In this document: positions 27,374 to 40,848 of the stretch, one piece after another
How the letters are laid out: each line of letters begins with the position of its first letter
Position numbering within the stretch: position 1 is the first letter of the stretch
NCBI GenBank assembly: GCA_963816355.1
Contig: CAWFKH010000001.1
Location: 480,001-544,000 of the forward strand
Length of the DNA stretch: 64,000 nucleotides
Direction of reading: 5' to 3'
Origin: an uncultured Gemmatimonadales bacterium
GTDB taxonomy: Bacteria; Gemmatimonadota; Gemmatimonadetes; Longimicrobiales; RSA9
Notes under the pieces: model-generated
Seen by the model: only the letters and a program-made list of their open reading frames with translations
Database searches by the model: none
Told to the model about the DNA's origin: nothing
Position numbers and translations under genes: made by a program

Positions 27374-27595
27374 ATGGCAGCGGGAAAGGGCGCGAAGCGG
27401 GTTCGCGAGCCGGCGCGGCGGGCGCGGCGGCGGGCGTTCACATTCGAGTTGAATCCGGAGCTCGTCGAGCGGGCGCGGCGCGAGGTGGCCGAGGGGGACG
27501 TCGTCCGCAGCATCGAGGCTGCGCTCGCCGCCGCGATCGACTATCAGCTCTGGGTGCGCGAGGTGCGGCGCGGCGAACGCCCGATCCTCTCCTGA
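27374..27595 (+). CDS. small hypothetical protein, possible ribbon-helix-helix fold
   Basis: GGAGG upstream of ATG 27374; FTFEL alternating strand followed by two amphipathic helices. Confidence 0.6.
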   Translation: MAAGKGAKRVREPARRARRRAFTFELNPELVERARREVAEGDVVRSIEAALAAAIDYQLWVREVRRGERPILS

Positions 27596-27598
27596 GTC

Positions 27599-28675
27599 TC
27601 AGCGGCGGCTCCAGCGCACGCCGAAGCGATGGACGGCGCCGAAGAAGTCCAGGTTCTGGTAGGAGTAGTCGAGATTGAAGGCGCCGTAGGCGAGGCCCGC
27701 ACCGAGGTGCAGCTTGCCGCCGAGGCCGTCGGAGCCGGACGCCGTCGAGTAGCCGATGCGGGCGACGGCGCCGATCTCGCCCGCGCCGTCGGGAAGACGC
27801 CCCACCTCGAGACCGCCCGCCACGCCGTTGCCGCCGTGGAAGCCGAGGATGCCGTCGGCGTTGACGTTGGCGCCGACGGTGCCGGTGAGCGGCAGGTGGA
27901 ACGAGGCGCCGACGCTCGCCTGACCGGGGAGGTCCGCGTCGCCCGGCCCGGATAGCTTGCCGCCGATGTTGCGGGCGGCGACGCCGAAGGTGGCGAACGG
28001 ACCGGCGTCGACCTGCAGGCCGGCGCCGAAGTAGGGCGCGGAGTGGGTGGTGCCGGCGAGGTCGCTGGAGACGTAGCCGGCGGAGACGCCGACGCGCGCG
28101 GCGAGCCCGAGCGTCGTGGAGAGCGAGAGTGCCGCAGCGGTCTCGCCGGCGGACGCGGTGGCGCCGGTGGGGAGCCCGCGCTCGCCGCCGAAGGCCGGGT
28201 CGGGCTCGAGCACGTCGACCTTGCCCGCGTCGAGGTAGCTGACGGCCGCACCGAGCACGAATCGGCCCGCGCTCAGCGCGCCGGCTGCGGATCCGAGCGT
28301 GATGCCGGCGACGTACGATTCGTAGGAGAGGCCGACGGCGGTGGTGATCGACGCGGCGCCGGCCGGGTTGTAGAAGAGGGCATCGATGTCGCCGACCTCG
28401 GCGGTGTAGGCGCCGGCGAGGCCGACGGCGCGGCTGCCGGCGGGGAGCTGGAGGACGGCGGCGCCGGCGGTGCCGGTCCGGTCCTGGGCCCGCGCGGCCG
28501 AGGGCAGCGCGAGCAGCAGCAGGGCCGCGGCGCACCCGAGCCGCCGTGGCGTCGCGCCCCTGAGGAGCAGCGCCGCGGCGCCCCGGAGCAGCGGCGCCGG
28601 GCGGGCTGGCGTGTCCCGTACGGCGGGGTTTCGGCCGGGCGGGGTCGGTCGCGGCTTGCGAGCGGTTGCGAACAT
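27599..28675 (-). CDS. PorV/PorQ-like outer-membrane beta-barrel
   Basis: signal peptide (ARA-Q), GSRAVGLAGAYTA..D..ALFYNPAG, amphipathic strands, C-terminal HRFGVRW; GGAGGAG RBS. Confidence 0.8.
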   Translation of the reverse strand: MFATARKPRPTPPGRNPAVRDTPARPAPLLRGAAALLLRGATPRRLGCAAALLLLALPSAARAQDRTGTAGAAVLQLPAGSRAVGLAGAYTAEVGDIDALFYNPAGAASITTAVGLSYESYVAGITLGSAAGALSAGRFVLGAAVSYLDAGKVDVLEPDPAFGGERGLPTGATASAGETAAALSLSTTLGLAARVGVSAGYVSSDLAGTTHSAPYFGAGLQVDAGPFATFGVAARNIGGKLSGPGDADLPGQASVGASFHLPLTGTVGANVNADGILGFHGGNGVAGGLEVGRLPDGAGEIGAVARIGYSTASGSDGLGGKLHLGAGLAYGAFNLDYSYQNLDFFGAVHRFGVRWSRR

Positions 28676-28677
28676 GT

Positions 28678-31503
28678 TCACTCCTCCCCGGAAGGCGCGA
28701 CGGCGCTGCGCTCGCCGGTGACGATCAGTTTTTGCGTGATGCGGCGCCCCTCCACCTCTACGACGAGGAGGTAGACGCCCGGGGCGACGGGCCGGTCGCC
28801 ATCGTTGGTGAGCGTCCAGACGGCGCGGAAATCGGTGGACATGCCGTGAGTCAGGTCGACGACGCGGCGTCCGGCCAGGGTGTAGATCGCCGCGCGCGTG
28901 GGCCGGCTTTTGAAGCTGAACACGACGCGGGCGGAGCGGATCGGATTCTCGCTCATCGCGAACACCTCGTCGCCCCGCAGCACGGTGGTGCGAACCGGCA
29001 GGGAAGCGACCGGCGCCGGCGGCTGCCGGGTCATCCACGCGACTTTCGACTCCTCGCCGGCGCTGCGGAGTCCGGCGGGGTCGTACGTCAGCCGCACGGT
29101 CGATCCGTTCGGCGCACCGCCGCCGCCCATCTCGACGAAGGCGACGAGGTTCAGCGAGCCGGAGCGCGGCACGAGCAGGGAGTCGACATCGACCGTCACG
29201 GCGCGGGAGCCGACGTCGCCCGCGGCCGCGGATGTGCCGAGGATCGGCTCCTGGCCGGTGAGGCTGCCGTCGCCGTTCTCGTCGAGGCCGACGCCGACGC
29301 GCGCCTGCGGATCGGAGCCGTCGACGAGGAAGCCGAGCTGGTAGACGACGACGCCTTCGGGGCCGCTCGCGGCGAGGCCGAGGCGGATGAGCGGGAGGCG
29401 GGTGCCCGCGGCGCTGCTGCTTCCGTCCGCGGGCGTGATCGGCTGCGCCGTCACCGCCAGCGTCGCCGCGCCGGCGTCGGCGCCGAGGTCGGCGAGCGCG
29501 TTCTGCACGTCGAGCTTGCCCCAGCCCCAGTTGAAGTTGGGTACGCCGCCGGGGTCGCCGTCGACGTGGGAATTCTGCACGAACGCGTCGCGGCGGGCCG
29601 AGCGCGAGAAGACCGCCTTCGCCTCGTCCGGGGTGAGGGAGGGGTCGACCTGCATGAGGATCGCGAGCGCGCCCGTGACGTGCGGCGTGGCCATGCTCGT
29701 CCCCTGCAGTGCCGCGTGCGCGTTGTCGGGCGTGATCTGGATCTGCGGGAAGTTGGCGTTGCGCGAGAGCGAGGAGAGGATCAGGCTGCCGGGCGCGGCG
29801 ATCTCCGGCTTCAGTCGGCCGTCGCGGGTGGGGCCGGTCGACGAATAGTCGGCGATGTCGCCGATGGGCGCGCTCACGGTCGAGCAGGCGTCGCCGCCGA
29901 CGATGCTCGGGAAGCAGATGCGGCTCACGAACGAGCCCACCGTCACGGCTTCCCGGGCCGTTCCCGGCGAGCCCACGGTGCTGCGGTTGTCGAAGCCCTG
30001 GCCGCCGCGGGCGGAGCTGGAGATGCCGAGCGCGCTGCCGAGGATCCACATGTCCGCCGCCTCGCCGCTGGGCGCGCGCAGCGCCCGCACGCCGATCCCC
30101 CACCCGCCGGCCCGCGGCGAGCCGCTGCCGGCGCCGCAGCCGGAGATCTCGACGAACGCCTGGCGGTCCCCGTTGGCGGGGTCGAGCCCCTCCGACGCGT
30201 TGTCGATGTAGACGCCGCCCGAGAGGGCGTTGTCGCTCGCGGTGTCGCCCGGCTGCACGCCGAACGTCGTGCCGTCCGGCCGCGTCACCACGACCTCGAG
30301 GCTGTCCGCGCCGCCGTACCACATCTCCAGGACGGCGAAGTCCGCGCACGGCTGCGTACTCGGCTGGTAGCCCGGCACTACGAGCGTGGCGCTCTTCAGC
30401 GCGCCGTTCGCCGGCACCAGGCGGGCGTGGAAGCGGTGCGGCTCGATCGACGGCACGGTGTTCTGGTTGTCACCTTCGTTGCCGGCGGCGACGGCCACGA
30501 TGAAGCCGGGACCGGAGAGGCTGTCCAGGATCTGCTCGTAGACGCGGGTGCCGTCGCGCGGTCCGGACTGGCCGCCCAGCGAGAGGTTGACCGCGGCGGG
30601 CCGGCCGCGCTCCTGCGCGCGATCCTTGATCCACTTGAGCCCGGAGATGATGTCCTGCTCGAGGAAGAAGCCGTTGCCGCCCTTCACGATGAGCAGGTCG
30701 GCCTCGGGCGCGACGCCGGCGAAGGGCCGGAAGCCGCTGCCCGCCGTGGCGCCGGCCGAGCCGTCGCCGGCGGCGATCCCGGCGACGTGGGTGCCGTGGC
30801 CGGCGAGGTCGCGCTCGATGCAGCCGCCGGCGTCGGCAATCGCCGCCGCGATGGCCGCGCTGTCGCAGACGAGTCCCTTGCCGACGCCCGGTGTGGAGCC
30901 GCCGGCGGTCTGGTCCCACAAACGGAGTACGCGCGAGCGCCCGGCCGGGTCGATGAAGTCCGGGTGTCGCAGGTCGATGCCGGTGTCGTAGATGCCGACG
31001 ATGGAGCCCTTGCCGCCGAAGCCGATCCAGCCCGTCTGCACCGGCTCGCGGACGTTGCCGACGTCGATCGCCGAGCTGCTCGAGTCGTCGACGACCTTCA
31101 CCGCGTGCGCCGCCTCGATGCGGACGAAGTGGCCGGAGCGGGACAGCGCGTCGATTGCCGCGAGCGGTATGCTCGCCGCGAGCAGCCGGCCCACCGACGC
31201 CTCGACCGTGCCGCCCAGCGAGCGCACGACATCGGCGGCGCCGTCGTCGCGCGCCTCGAGGAATATGCCCACCGACACCGGGCTGCCGGAGAGCGGCTCG
31301 ATCGCCAGGTTGCCGCGGACGGCCGGAGGTGTGGACGGCGCGCCGGGCGCGGCCCGCTCGAGCTGCTCGACGGTGGCGCGGAGCGCGGGGCGGGCAAGCG
31401 CGCGCAGCCCGGGATCGACGTACGCCCCCGGCGTCTGCGCCGAGGCGGGTGCGTGGGCGAGGGTGGCGAGCGCAGCGAGGACGGCCAGTGTTGTACGACG
31501 CAC
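28678..31503 (-). CDS. secreted S8 subtilase with T9SS-type/FlgD-like C-terminal domain
   Basis: signal peptide; triad DTGID, HGTHVAG, GTSMATP; end NP..IYTLAGRRV..W..PGVYLL..QKLIV; GTG 31503 with GGAG. Confidence 0.88.
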   Translation of the reverse strand: MRRTTLAVLAALATLAHAPASAQTPGAYVDPGLRALARPALRATVEQLERAAPGAPSTPPAVRGNLAIEPLSGSPVSVGIFLEARDDGAADVVRSLGGTVEASVGRLLAASIPLAAIDALSRSGHFVRIEAAHAVKVVDDSSSSAIDVGNVREPVQTGWIGFGGKGSIVGIYDTGIDLRHPDFIDPAGRSRVLRLWDQTAGGSTPGVGKGLVCDSAAIAAAIADAGGCIERDLAGHGTHVAGIAAGDGSAGATAGSGFRPFAGVAPEADLLIVKGGNGFFLEQDIISGLKWIKDRAQERGRPAAVNLSLGGQSGPRDGTRVYEQILDSLSGPGFIVAVAAGNEGDNQNTVPSIEPHRFHARLVPANGALKSATLVVPGYQPSTQPCADFAVLEMWYGGADSLEVVVTRPDGTTFGVQPGDTASDNALSGGVYIDNASEGLDPANGDRQAFVEISGCGAGSGSPRAGGWGIGVRALRAPSGEAADMWILGSALGISSSARGGQGFDNRSTVGSPGTAREAVTVGSFVSRICFPSIVGGDACSTVSAPIGDIADYSSTGPTRDGRLKPEIAAPGSLILSSLSRNANFPQIQITPDNAHAALQGTSMATPHVTGALAILMQVDPSLTPDEAKAVFSRSARRDAFVQNSHVDGDPGGVPNFNWGWGKLDVQNALADLGADAGAATLAVTAQPITPADGSSSAAGTRLPLIRLGLAASGPEGVVVYQLGFLVDGSDPQARVGVGLDENGDGSLTGQEPILGTSAAAGDVGSRAVTVDVDSLLVPRSGSLNLVAFVEMGGGGAPNGSTVRLTYDPAGLRSAGEESKVAWMTRQPPAPVASLPVRTTVLRGDEVFAMSENPIRSARVVFSFKSRPTRAAIYTLAGRRVVDLTHGMSTDFRAVWTLTNDGDRPVAPGVYLLVVEVEGRRITQKLIVTGERSAVAPSGEE

Positions 31504-31561
31504 CTTGTGACTCCGGTGGTGGGGGTGATGCGCGAATCGGGCGGCGGGTGGGGCGCGTTCC

Positions 31562-33445
31562 CTACTCCGTCGCGGACGGCGAGGGCGCCAGGAGGATCCC
31601 GTTCTCGAGCCAGAGGTGCTCGCCGCCGAGCACCTGCTGCGCAACGCGATAGTTGCGGGCGTCGTCGTTGCCGAAGACGCCGCGGAAGCTGGCGGCGATG
31701 CGGCGCCGCGCACCGCGGCAGAACGTGTCCGCGAGGGTGATCGGGCTCCGGTCGTCGCGCTCTTCCGCGGCGCGGTCGAGCGCGTAGGTGCAGACGGCGG
31801 AGATGGCGAAGATCTCGGCGCCGATGTCGACGAGGCGGAAGAGCGTGGACTGCTTCTTCTCGAGGCTCGCGCCGTAGCGGGCCATGACGTAGGCGAGCGT
31901 GCGCGCGAGCTTGCGCGCCGCGCGGGCGGCGTAGCGGAGCTGGGGGGCGAGCGGGCCGAAGTCGCCGCGCGGCCGCCCGCCGAGGCCGGGCAGGTTGCCG
32001 CCGTACCAGCCGGCCATGTGCGTGCCGAGGCCGACGAGGCTCTTTGCCTTGTCGGCGGCGCTCGCATCCGGATCGAGCATGCTGCCGGCCTTCTGCAGGT
32101 GCGGGTCGACGGCTTCGCGCGCGATGAACAAGCGCATGATCTCGCTCGAGCCCTCGAAGATCATGTTGATGCGAAGATCGCGCATCACCTTCTCGACGGC
32201 GATCCCCGCTTCGCCTCGCGCCTCGAGCGACTCGGCGGTCTCATAGCCGCGGCCGCCGCGCACCTGCATCGTCTCGTCGATCACGCGCCACGCTGCCTCC
32301 GAATTGAACATCTTGGCGATGGCGGCTTCTAGGCGGATGTCGCGGTCGCCGGCGTCGGCGAGCGCGGCCGAGACCTCGGCGATCGCCTCCATGGCGAAGG
32401 CGGTGGCGGCGATGTAGGCGATCTTCTGGGCGATCGCATCGTGCTTGCCGACCGGCATCCCCCACTGCTTGCGGACGTTGCCCCACTCACGGACGACCTG
32501 CAGGCACCATTTCCCCGCCGCGGCGCAGTTCGCAGGGATCGTGAGCCGGCCGGTGTTGAGCGTGATCAGCGCCAGCTTCAGGCCGCGTCCCTCGCCCCAC
32601 AGCACGTTCTCCCGCGGAACGCGGACGTCGCGGAACCTGAGGACGCCGTTCTCGATGCCGTTCAGCCCCATGAACGTGCAGCGGTGCTCCGTGCTGACGC
32701 CGGGCCAGTCGCCTTCCACGATGAAGGCGGTGATCCCCGGCCGCTTCCCGGGCTCCTTCGCGGGCGTGCGCGCCATCACGACCATCAGCTCGGCGATCGG
32801 GCCGTTCGTGCACCACAGCTTTTCACCGTTCAGGATGTAGGCTTCGCCGTCCTCGGTCGGAACGGCGTCGGCGCTCATGCGGGCGGGATCCGACCCCACG
32901 TCCTCTTCGGTGAGCGCGAACGCGGAGATGGCGCCGCGGGCGAGGCGCGGCAAATACTTCTTCTTCTGCTCGTCGGTGCCGAACATCTTCAGCGGCTGCG
33001 GCACGCCGATCGACTGGTGGGCGGAGAGGAGGACGCCGAGCGCGGTGCAGTAGGAGCTGACGAGGCCGATGGCGCGGTTGTACCAGCGCTGCGGCAGGCC
33101 GAGGCCGCCGTACTCGCGCGGGATCTTGATGCCGAAGGCGCCGGTCTCCGCGAGCGCGGAGATCACCTCCGGCGCCACCTTCCCGGTGCGGTCGATGTGC
33201 TGCGCGTCGACCTTCTGCAGGAACGCCTCGAGCCTGGCGAGGAACGCCTCGCCGCGCTCCCGCTCCGCCGGCACGATCGCGGGCAGCGGATGGAGCAGCT
33301 CCATGCGGAGCTTGCCGAGGAAGAGCTCGCGGACGAAGCTCGGCCGCGTCCATTCGGTCTCGCGCGCGGCTTCCGCCACCGCGCGGGCGTCGCGCTCGGA
33401 AACCTGGGGTGCGTCGGAGGCTTGCCGCGGAGCCGTAGTGCTCAT
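31562..33445 (-). CDS. long acyl-CoA dehydrogenase (VLCAD/ACAD9-like)
   Basis: SAHQSIG, AFALTE..GSD, LNGEKLWCTN, RINMIFEGSSEI, extra C-terminal domain. Confidence 0.92.
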   Translation of the reverse strand: MSTTAPRQASDAPQVSERDARAVAEAARETEWTRPSFVRELFLGKLRMELLHPLPAIVPAERERGEAFLARLEAFLQKVDAQHIDRTGKVAPEVISALAETGAFGIKIPREYGGLGLPQRWYNRAIGLVSSYCTALGVLLSAHQSIGVPQPLKMFGTDEQKKKYLPRLARGAISAFALTEEDVGSDPARMSADAVPTEDGEAYILNGEKLWCTNGPIAELMVVMARTPAKEPGKRPGITAFIVEGDWPGVSTEHRCTFMGLNGIENGVLRFRDVRVPRENVLWGEGRGLKLALITLNTGRLTIPANCAAAGKWCLQVVREWGNVRKQWGMPVGKHDAIAQKIAYIAATAFAMEAIAEVSAALADAGDRDIRLEAAIAKMFNSEAAWRVIDETMQVRGGRGYETAESLEARGEAGIAVEKVMRDLRINMIFEGSSEIMRLFIAREAVDPHLQKAGSMLDPDASAADKAKSLVGLGTHMAGWYGGNLPGLGGRPRGDFGPLAPQLRYAARAARKLARTLAYVMARYGASLEKKQSTLFRLVDIGAEIFAISAVCTYALDRAAEERDDRSPITLADTFCRGARRRIAASFRGVFGNDDARNYRVAQQVLGGEHLWLENGILLAPSPSATE

Positions 33446-33603
33446 ATGAACCTCAGTGTCGCGCTCGGAATCGGAAACCAGCCGCGCGGGACGCCCCTCC
33501 GCCACGTGCACACCGCCCGATATCCGCGCGCCCTGGACTCACACGACTACCCTCGAAGGCGCCTGAAAGTTACTCCGCCGGCCCTGCAACCGGCAATCGC
33601 CTC

Positions 33604-34773
<1,170 letters not shown>

Positions 34774-34927
34774 TGCACGTTCTCCTGCGGTGGGCGTTCG
34801 ATCCCCGTTCGGGACTCGCCTGGCAAGGTAGGTGGAGATCGCGGCGCGAGGAAGGGCGGGCGGCGCGGCTCGACCGCGGCGGCGAAGCGGCCGCCGCTCC
34901 CGCCGCCGGCCCCAGATGCATGCGCTG

Positions 34928-34964
34928 CAAACGAAAGCGCCGCCGGTCGAGGACCGGCGGCGCT
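34928..34964 (-). terminator. intrinsic terminator
   Basis: perfect 13-bp stem AGCGCCGCCGGTC/GACCGGCGGCGCT then UUCGUUU on the minus strand. Confidence 0.75.
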
Positions 34965-35032
34965 CTGGAACTGCCGCAACCCGGCGCGATCAGCGCACCG
35001 GCGCGGACAGCATTTCGCGACTCGAGTCTCGG

Positions 35033-35095
35033 CTACGCGCCGAGGTGGCGATCGCTTGCCCGTGCCAGGTTGCGTGCAGTACTGGGACTAGACAA
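35033..35095 (-). CDS. putative 20-aa small protein MSSPSTARNLARASDRHLGA
   Basis: TTG start preceded by AAGGAGGTGATCC; own promoter upstream and terminator downstream. Confidence 0.5.
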   Translation of the reverse strand: MSSPSTARNLARASDRHLGA

Positions 35096-35227
35096 TGGAT
35101 CACCTCCTTCCAAGGGGACACGTTCGGGCGCCATCACCAGCGGGCCGGTGAACCCGCGGCTCGCAAGCCGGCGCGCCATGGCGCCAGGCCGCGACCCCCG
35201 TCGTCTCCGGAGCGGAGACGCACGGCA

Positions 35228-35256
35228 AAGCTAATGACAATGCCGGAGGCAGGCAA
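35228..35256 (-). promoter_or_regulatory. sigma70-type promoter of the small transcript
   Basis: TTGCCT-17nt-TAGCTT. Confidence 0.55.
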
Positions 35257-35281
35257 CGGGGTCGCGTCGTGCGATGCGCGG

Positions 35282-35311
35282 TTGCTGGCCCGCCCGCGGC
35301 TCCCGTATTAT
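35282..35311 (+). promoter_or_regulatory. sigma70-type promoter of the HisKA-gcv operon
   Basis: TTGCTG-18nt-TATTAT. Confidence 0.5.
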
Positions 35312-35471
35312 GCGGCCCGCGCGCGGCGTGGGGGGAGTTGCGCACCTGTAAGTGCCCTTTGCGCGCCGCGCGAAGCCGCACGGAGCGGTGGGCGGACGGG
35401 CGCCGCGGGGAGGAGGCCGCGCGGCCGTTGCGGCCACACCGGTGCTCCGCGGACGCGCGGATGGAGGACGG

Positions 35472-35696
35472 ATGGACGTCGTCGAGTACAACCGGATGGT
35501 CGAGCTGGTGCGTCGCGTGCGTCACGACGCGAGCAATCCGCTCACGGCGGCGCTGGGCTCGACTCAGCTGCTGCTGACGGATCCGGCGGTGACGGATCCG
35601 GAGGTGCGGGAGATCCTTGGCGAGATCGAGGGCGAGCTGCGCCGGCTCTCGGATATCCTCCGCACTCTGAACGACATCCAGCCCGCGACGGAGTGA
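35472..35696 (+). CDS. stand-alone HisKA/DHp-domain microprotein (74 aa)
   Basis: GGAGG RBS; H-box RHDASNPLTAALG plus a second helix; no ATPase domain. Confidence 0.8.
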   Translation: MDVVEYNRMVELVRRVRHDASNPLTAALGSTQLLLTDPAVTDPEVREILGEIEGELRRLSDILRTLNDIQPATE

Positions 35697-35728
35697 GGTC
35701 GGTCGGAATCGAGCCCCGGGGAGGCGAC

Positions 35729-36121
35729 ATGTCGGAGATACCGGAAGGGCTGTTCTTCACGGAGGAGCACGAATACGTGAAGCCGACGGGAGACGCGGGC
35801 GTCTACCAGGTCGGGATCACGGCGTACGCACAGGGGGAGCTCGGCGACGTGGTGTTCGTCGATCTTCCGGCGGTGGGGTCGCGCTTCGAGAAGGGCGGCG
35901 TGTTCGGCACGGTAGAGGCGGTGAAGGCGGTGAGCGATGTGTACGCGCCGGTGGCTGGCGAGGCGGTCGCGGTGAACGATGCGCTGGACGCGGACCCGTC
36001 GCTCGTGAACTCGGATCCGTACGGCGCCGGGTGGATGGTCCGCCTGCGGATCGAGGACGAGGCCGAGCTGGACGGGCTGCTGGGGCCGCAGGAGTACCGC
36101 AAGCACATCGGCGAGGAGTGA
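35729..36121 (+). CDS. gcvH: glycine cleavage system H protein
   Basis: VGITAYAQGELGDVVFVDLP, lipoyl site EAVKAVSD, NSDPYGAGW. Confidence 0.96.
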   Translation: MSEIPEGLFFTEEHEYVKPTGDAGVYQVGITAYAQGELGDVVFVDLPAVGSRFEKGGVFGTVEAVKAVSDVYAPVAGEAVAVNDALDADPSLVNSDPYGAGWMVRLRIEDEAELDGLLGPQEYRKHIGEE

Positions 36122-36251
36122 CGCGCGTCGAACCCGCAAACGCGCCGGAACGGGAGTGGCGCGGCGGCGGAGCGAGCGGCGGCGTAGCAAGCGGAGAGTA
36201 GGGGGCGGGGAGTAGCGAGCAGGAACGAGACGAACGGAAGGAGCAGGGCGG

Positions 36252-36935
36252 ATGGCGGAGCTGACCTGGCACGGACACGCCTGTGCGACGCTGGTGACGG
36301 ACGACGGCACGCGGATCCTCTTCGATCCGTGGCTGGACGCGAATCCGAAGGCGGAGATCGGCGCGGCCGACGTCGGCGATCTGGACTATCTGCTGGTGAG
36401 CCACGGCCATTTCGATCATTTCGGCGACGGCGTGAAGATCGCGAAGGCGACCGGGGCGATGCTGGTGGCCGTCTTCGAGCTTTGCGCGTTCGCGCAGTCG
36501 CGCGGGATCGAGAACGTACACGGCCTGAACATCGGCGGCGGCTATCGCTTTCCGTTCGGCTACGTGAAGATGACGCCGGCGCTGCACAGCGCGTCGATCG
36601 AGGGTGACGAGGGGGCCCACCCTTCGGTCGCGGGGGGCTTCTGGATCGATCTCGGGGGCAAGCGGCTGTATCACGCGGGGGACACGGCGCTCACGCGCGA
36701 CATGGAGCTGCTGCGCGACCGCGTGGATGTGGCGCTGCTGCCGATCGGCGACAACTTCACGATGGGGCCGGAGGACGCCGCGATTGCGGTCGACCTGATC
36801 CGGCCGCGGGTCGTGATCCCGATCCATTACGACACCTTTCCCGCCATCGAGCAGGATCCGCGGGCGTTCGCCGCACGGGTGGGCGACAGGGCCGAGACGG
36901 TGATTCTGGAGCCGGGCGGGAGCTACAGCTTCTAG
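36252..36935 (+). CDS. metallo-beta-lactamase-fold hydrolase (UPF0173-like)
   Basis: WHGHA, SHGHFDH, YHAGDT, LPIGDNFTMG, IPIHY. Confidence 0.9.
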   Translation: MAELTWHGHACATLVTDDGTRILFDPWLDANPKAEIGAADVGDLDYLLVSHGHFDHFGDGVKIAKATGAMLVAVFELCAFAQSRGIENVHGLNIGGGYRFPFGYVKMTPALHSASIEGDEGAHPSVAGGFWIDLGGKRLYHAGDTALTRDMELLRDRVDVALLPIGDNFTMGPEDAAIAVDLIRPRVVIPIHYDTFPAIEQDPRAFAARVGDRAETVILEPGGSYSF

Positions 36936-37019
36936 CCCCCTCGCGGGAGAAGGGGGTGCGGCCGCGGCGAGGCGCTTGCGCGCGTGCGGCCGGGACTGCA
37001 GAGGAGATCCGAGGAAGCA

Positions 37020-39932
<2,913 letters not shown>

Positions 39933-39934
39933 GC

Positions 39935-40753
39935 ATGAGGTGGCGTCTCGTCGTGGAGCGCAAGCCGCTGCCCGGCGCGCGCAACATGGCGGTCGACCAC
40001 GCGTTCCTCGTAGGCGTGCAGCGCGGTGCGCCGCCGGTCCTGCGGCTCTACCGCTGGCGCCCCGCGTGCCTCTCCCTCGGCCGCAACCAGCGTGGGCGCG
40101 GCATCTACGACGCCGATCGGGCCGGCGACCTGGGCGTCGATGTCGTCCGCCGCCCGACCGGCGGCCTCGCGGTGCTCCACGACGACGAGATCACCTACGC
40201 CATCGCGGCGCCGGTCGGCGCGCTCGGATCGCCGCGAGAGACGTACGTCGCCGTTCATGGCGCGCTCGTGCGGGCACTCCGCGCTCTCGGCGTGGACGCC
40301 GTGCTGCGTCGCGCGGGCGGCGAAGCGCTGCGGCCGGTGCGTGACGCGGCGCTCCCCTGCTTCGGTTTCGCCGCGGAGGGGGAGGTGCTGGCGGCGGGGA
40401 GCAAGCTCGTGGGCAGCGCCCAGCGCTGCGAGAGTCGCGTCATCCTGCAGCACGGCTCGCTCCCGCTGGCGCGCGGCGCGGTCGACCTGGCGTCGCTGAC
40501 CCCGGTGGCGGCGCCGGCGTCGGCGCCGGGCCGGGCACCGGCCGCGCGGGCGGCCCCCGATCCAGGGACGACGCTCGCGGATCTGCTCGGCGCGCGGCCG
40601 GACGCGGCGGCGGTGGTGGCGGCGGTGGTGGCGGCGTTCGAGGAGCTGGTGGGGGTGCCGCTCGTCGAGGCCGCGCCGAGCGCCGAAGAGCGGGCGTCGG
40701 CGCGGCGGCTCGAGGCACGGTACGCGTCGGCGGAGTGGACGTGGCGCGGCTGA
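39935..40753 (+). CDS. lipoate-protein ligase family (LipM/LplA-like)
   Basis: NMAVD, LRLYRW, RRPTGGLAVLH, KLVGSAQ..ILQHGS. Confidence 0.9.
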   Translation: MRWRLVVERKPLPGARNMAVDHAFLVGVQRGAPPVLRLYRWRPACLSLGRNQRGRGIYDADRAGDLGVDVVRRPTGGLAVLHDDEITYAIAAPVGALGSPRETYVAVHGALVRALRALGVDAVLRRAGGEALRPVRDAALPCFGFAAEGEVLAAGSKLVGSAQRCESRVILQHGSLPLARGAVDLASLTPVAAPASAPGRAPAARAAPDPGTTLADLLGARPDAAAVVAAVVAAFEELVGVPLVEAAPSAEERASARRLEARYASAEWTWRG

Positions 40754-40848
40754 GCGCTTAGCGGCCGGGGCACCGCTCTTGCGCGCCGCCCGTCGGTTTC
40801 GGGGCGCGCCGCGGCGCGTCGGACATCTCTGCGTGCGGGTGGGGGAGC

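Noticed and set aside
35097..35109. GGATCACCTCCTT as the 3' end of a 16S rRNA gene or remnant
   Set aside because: No helix-45 or other rRNA sequence upstream; better explained as an SD on the minus strand
35312..35728. Glycine riboswitch upstream of gcvH/gcvP
   Set aside because: No GGAGA...CCGAAG...CUCUCAGG aptamer consensus found
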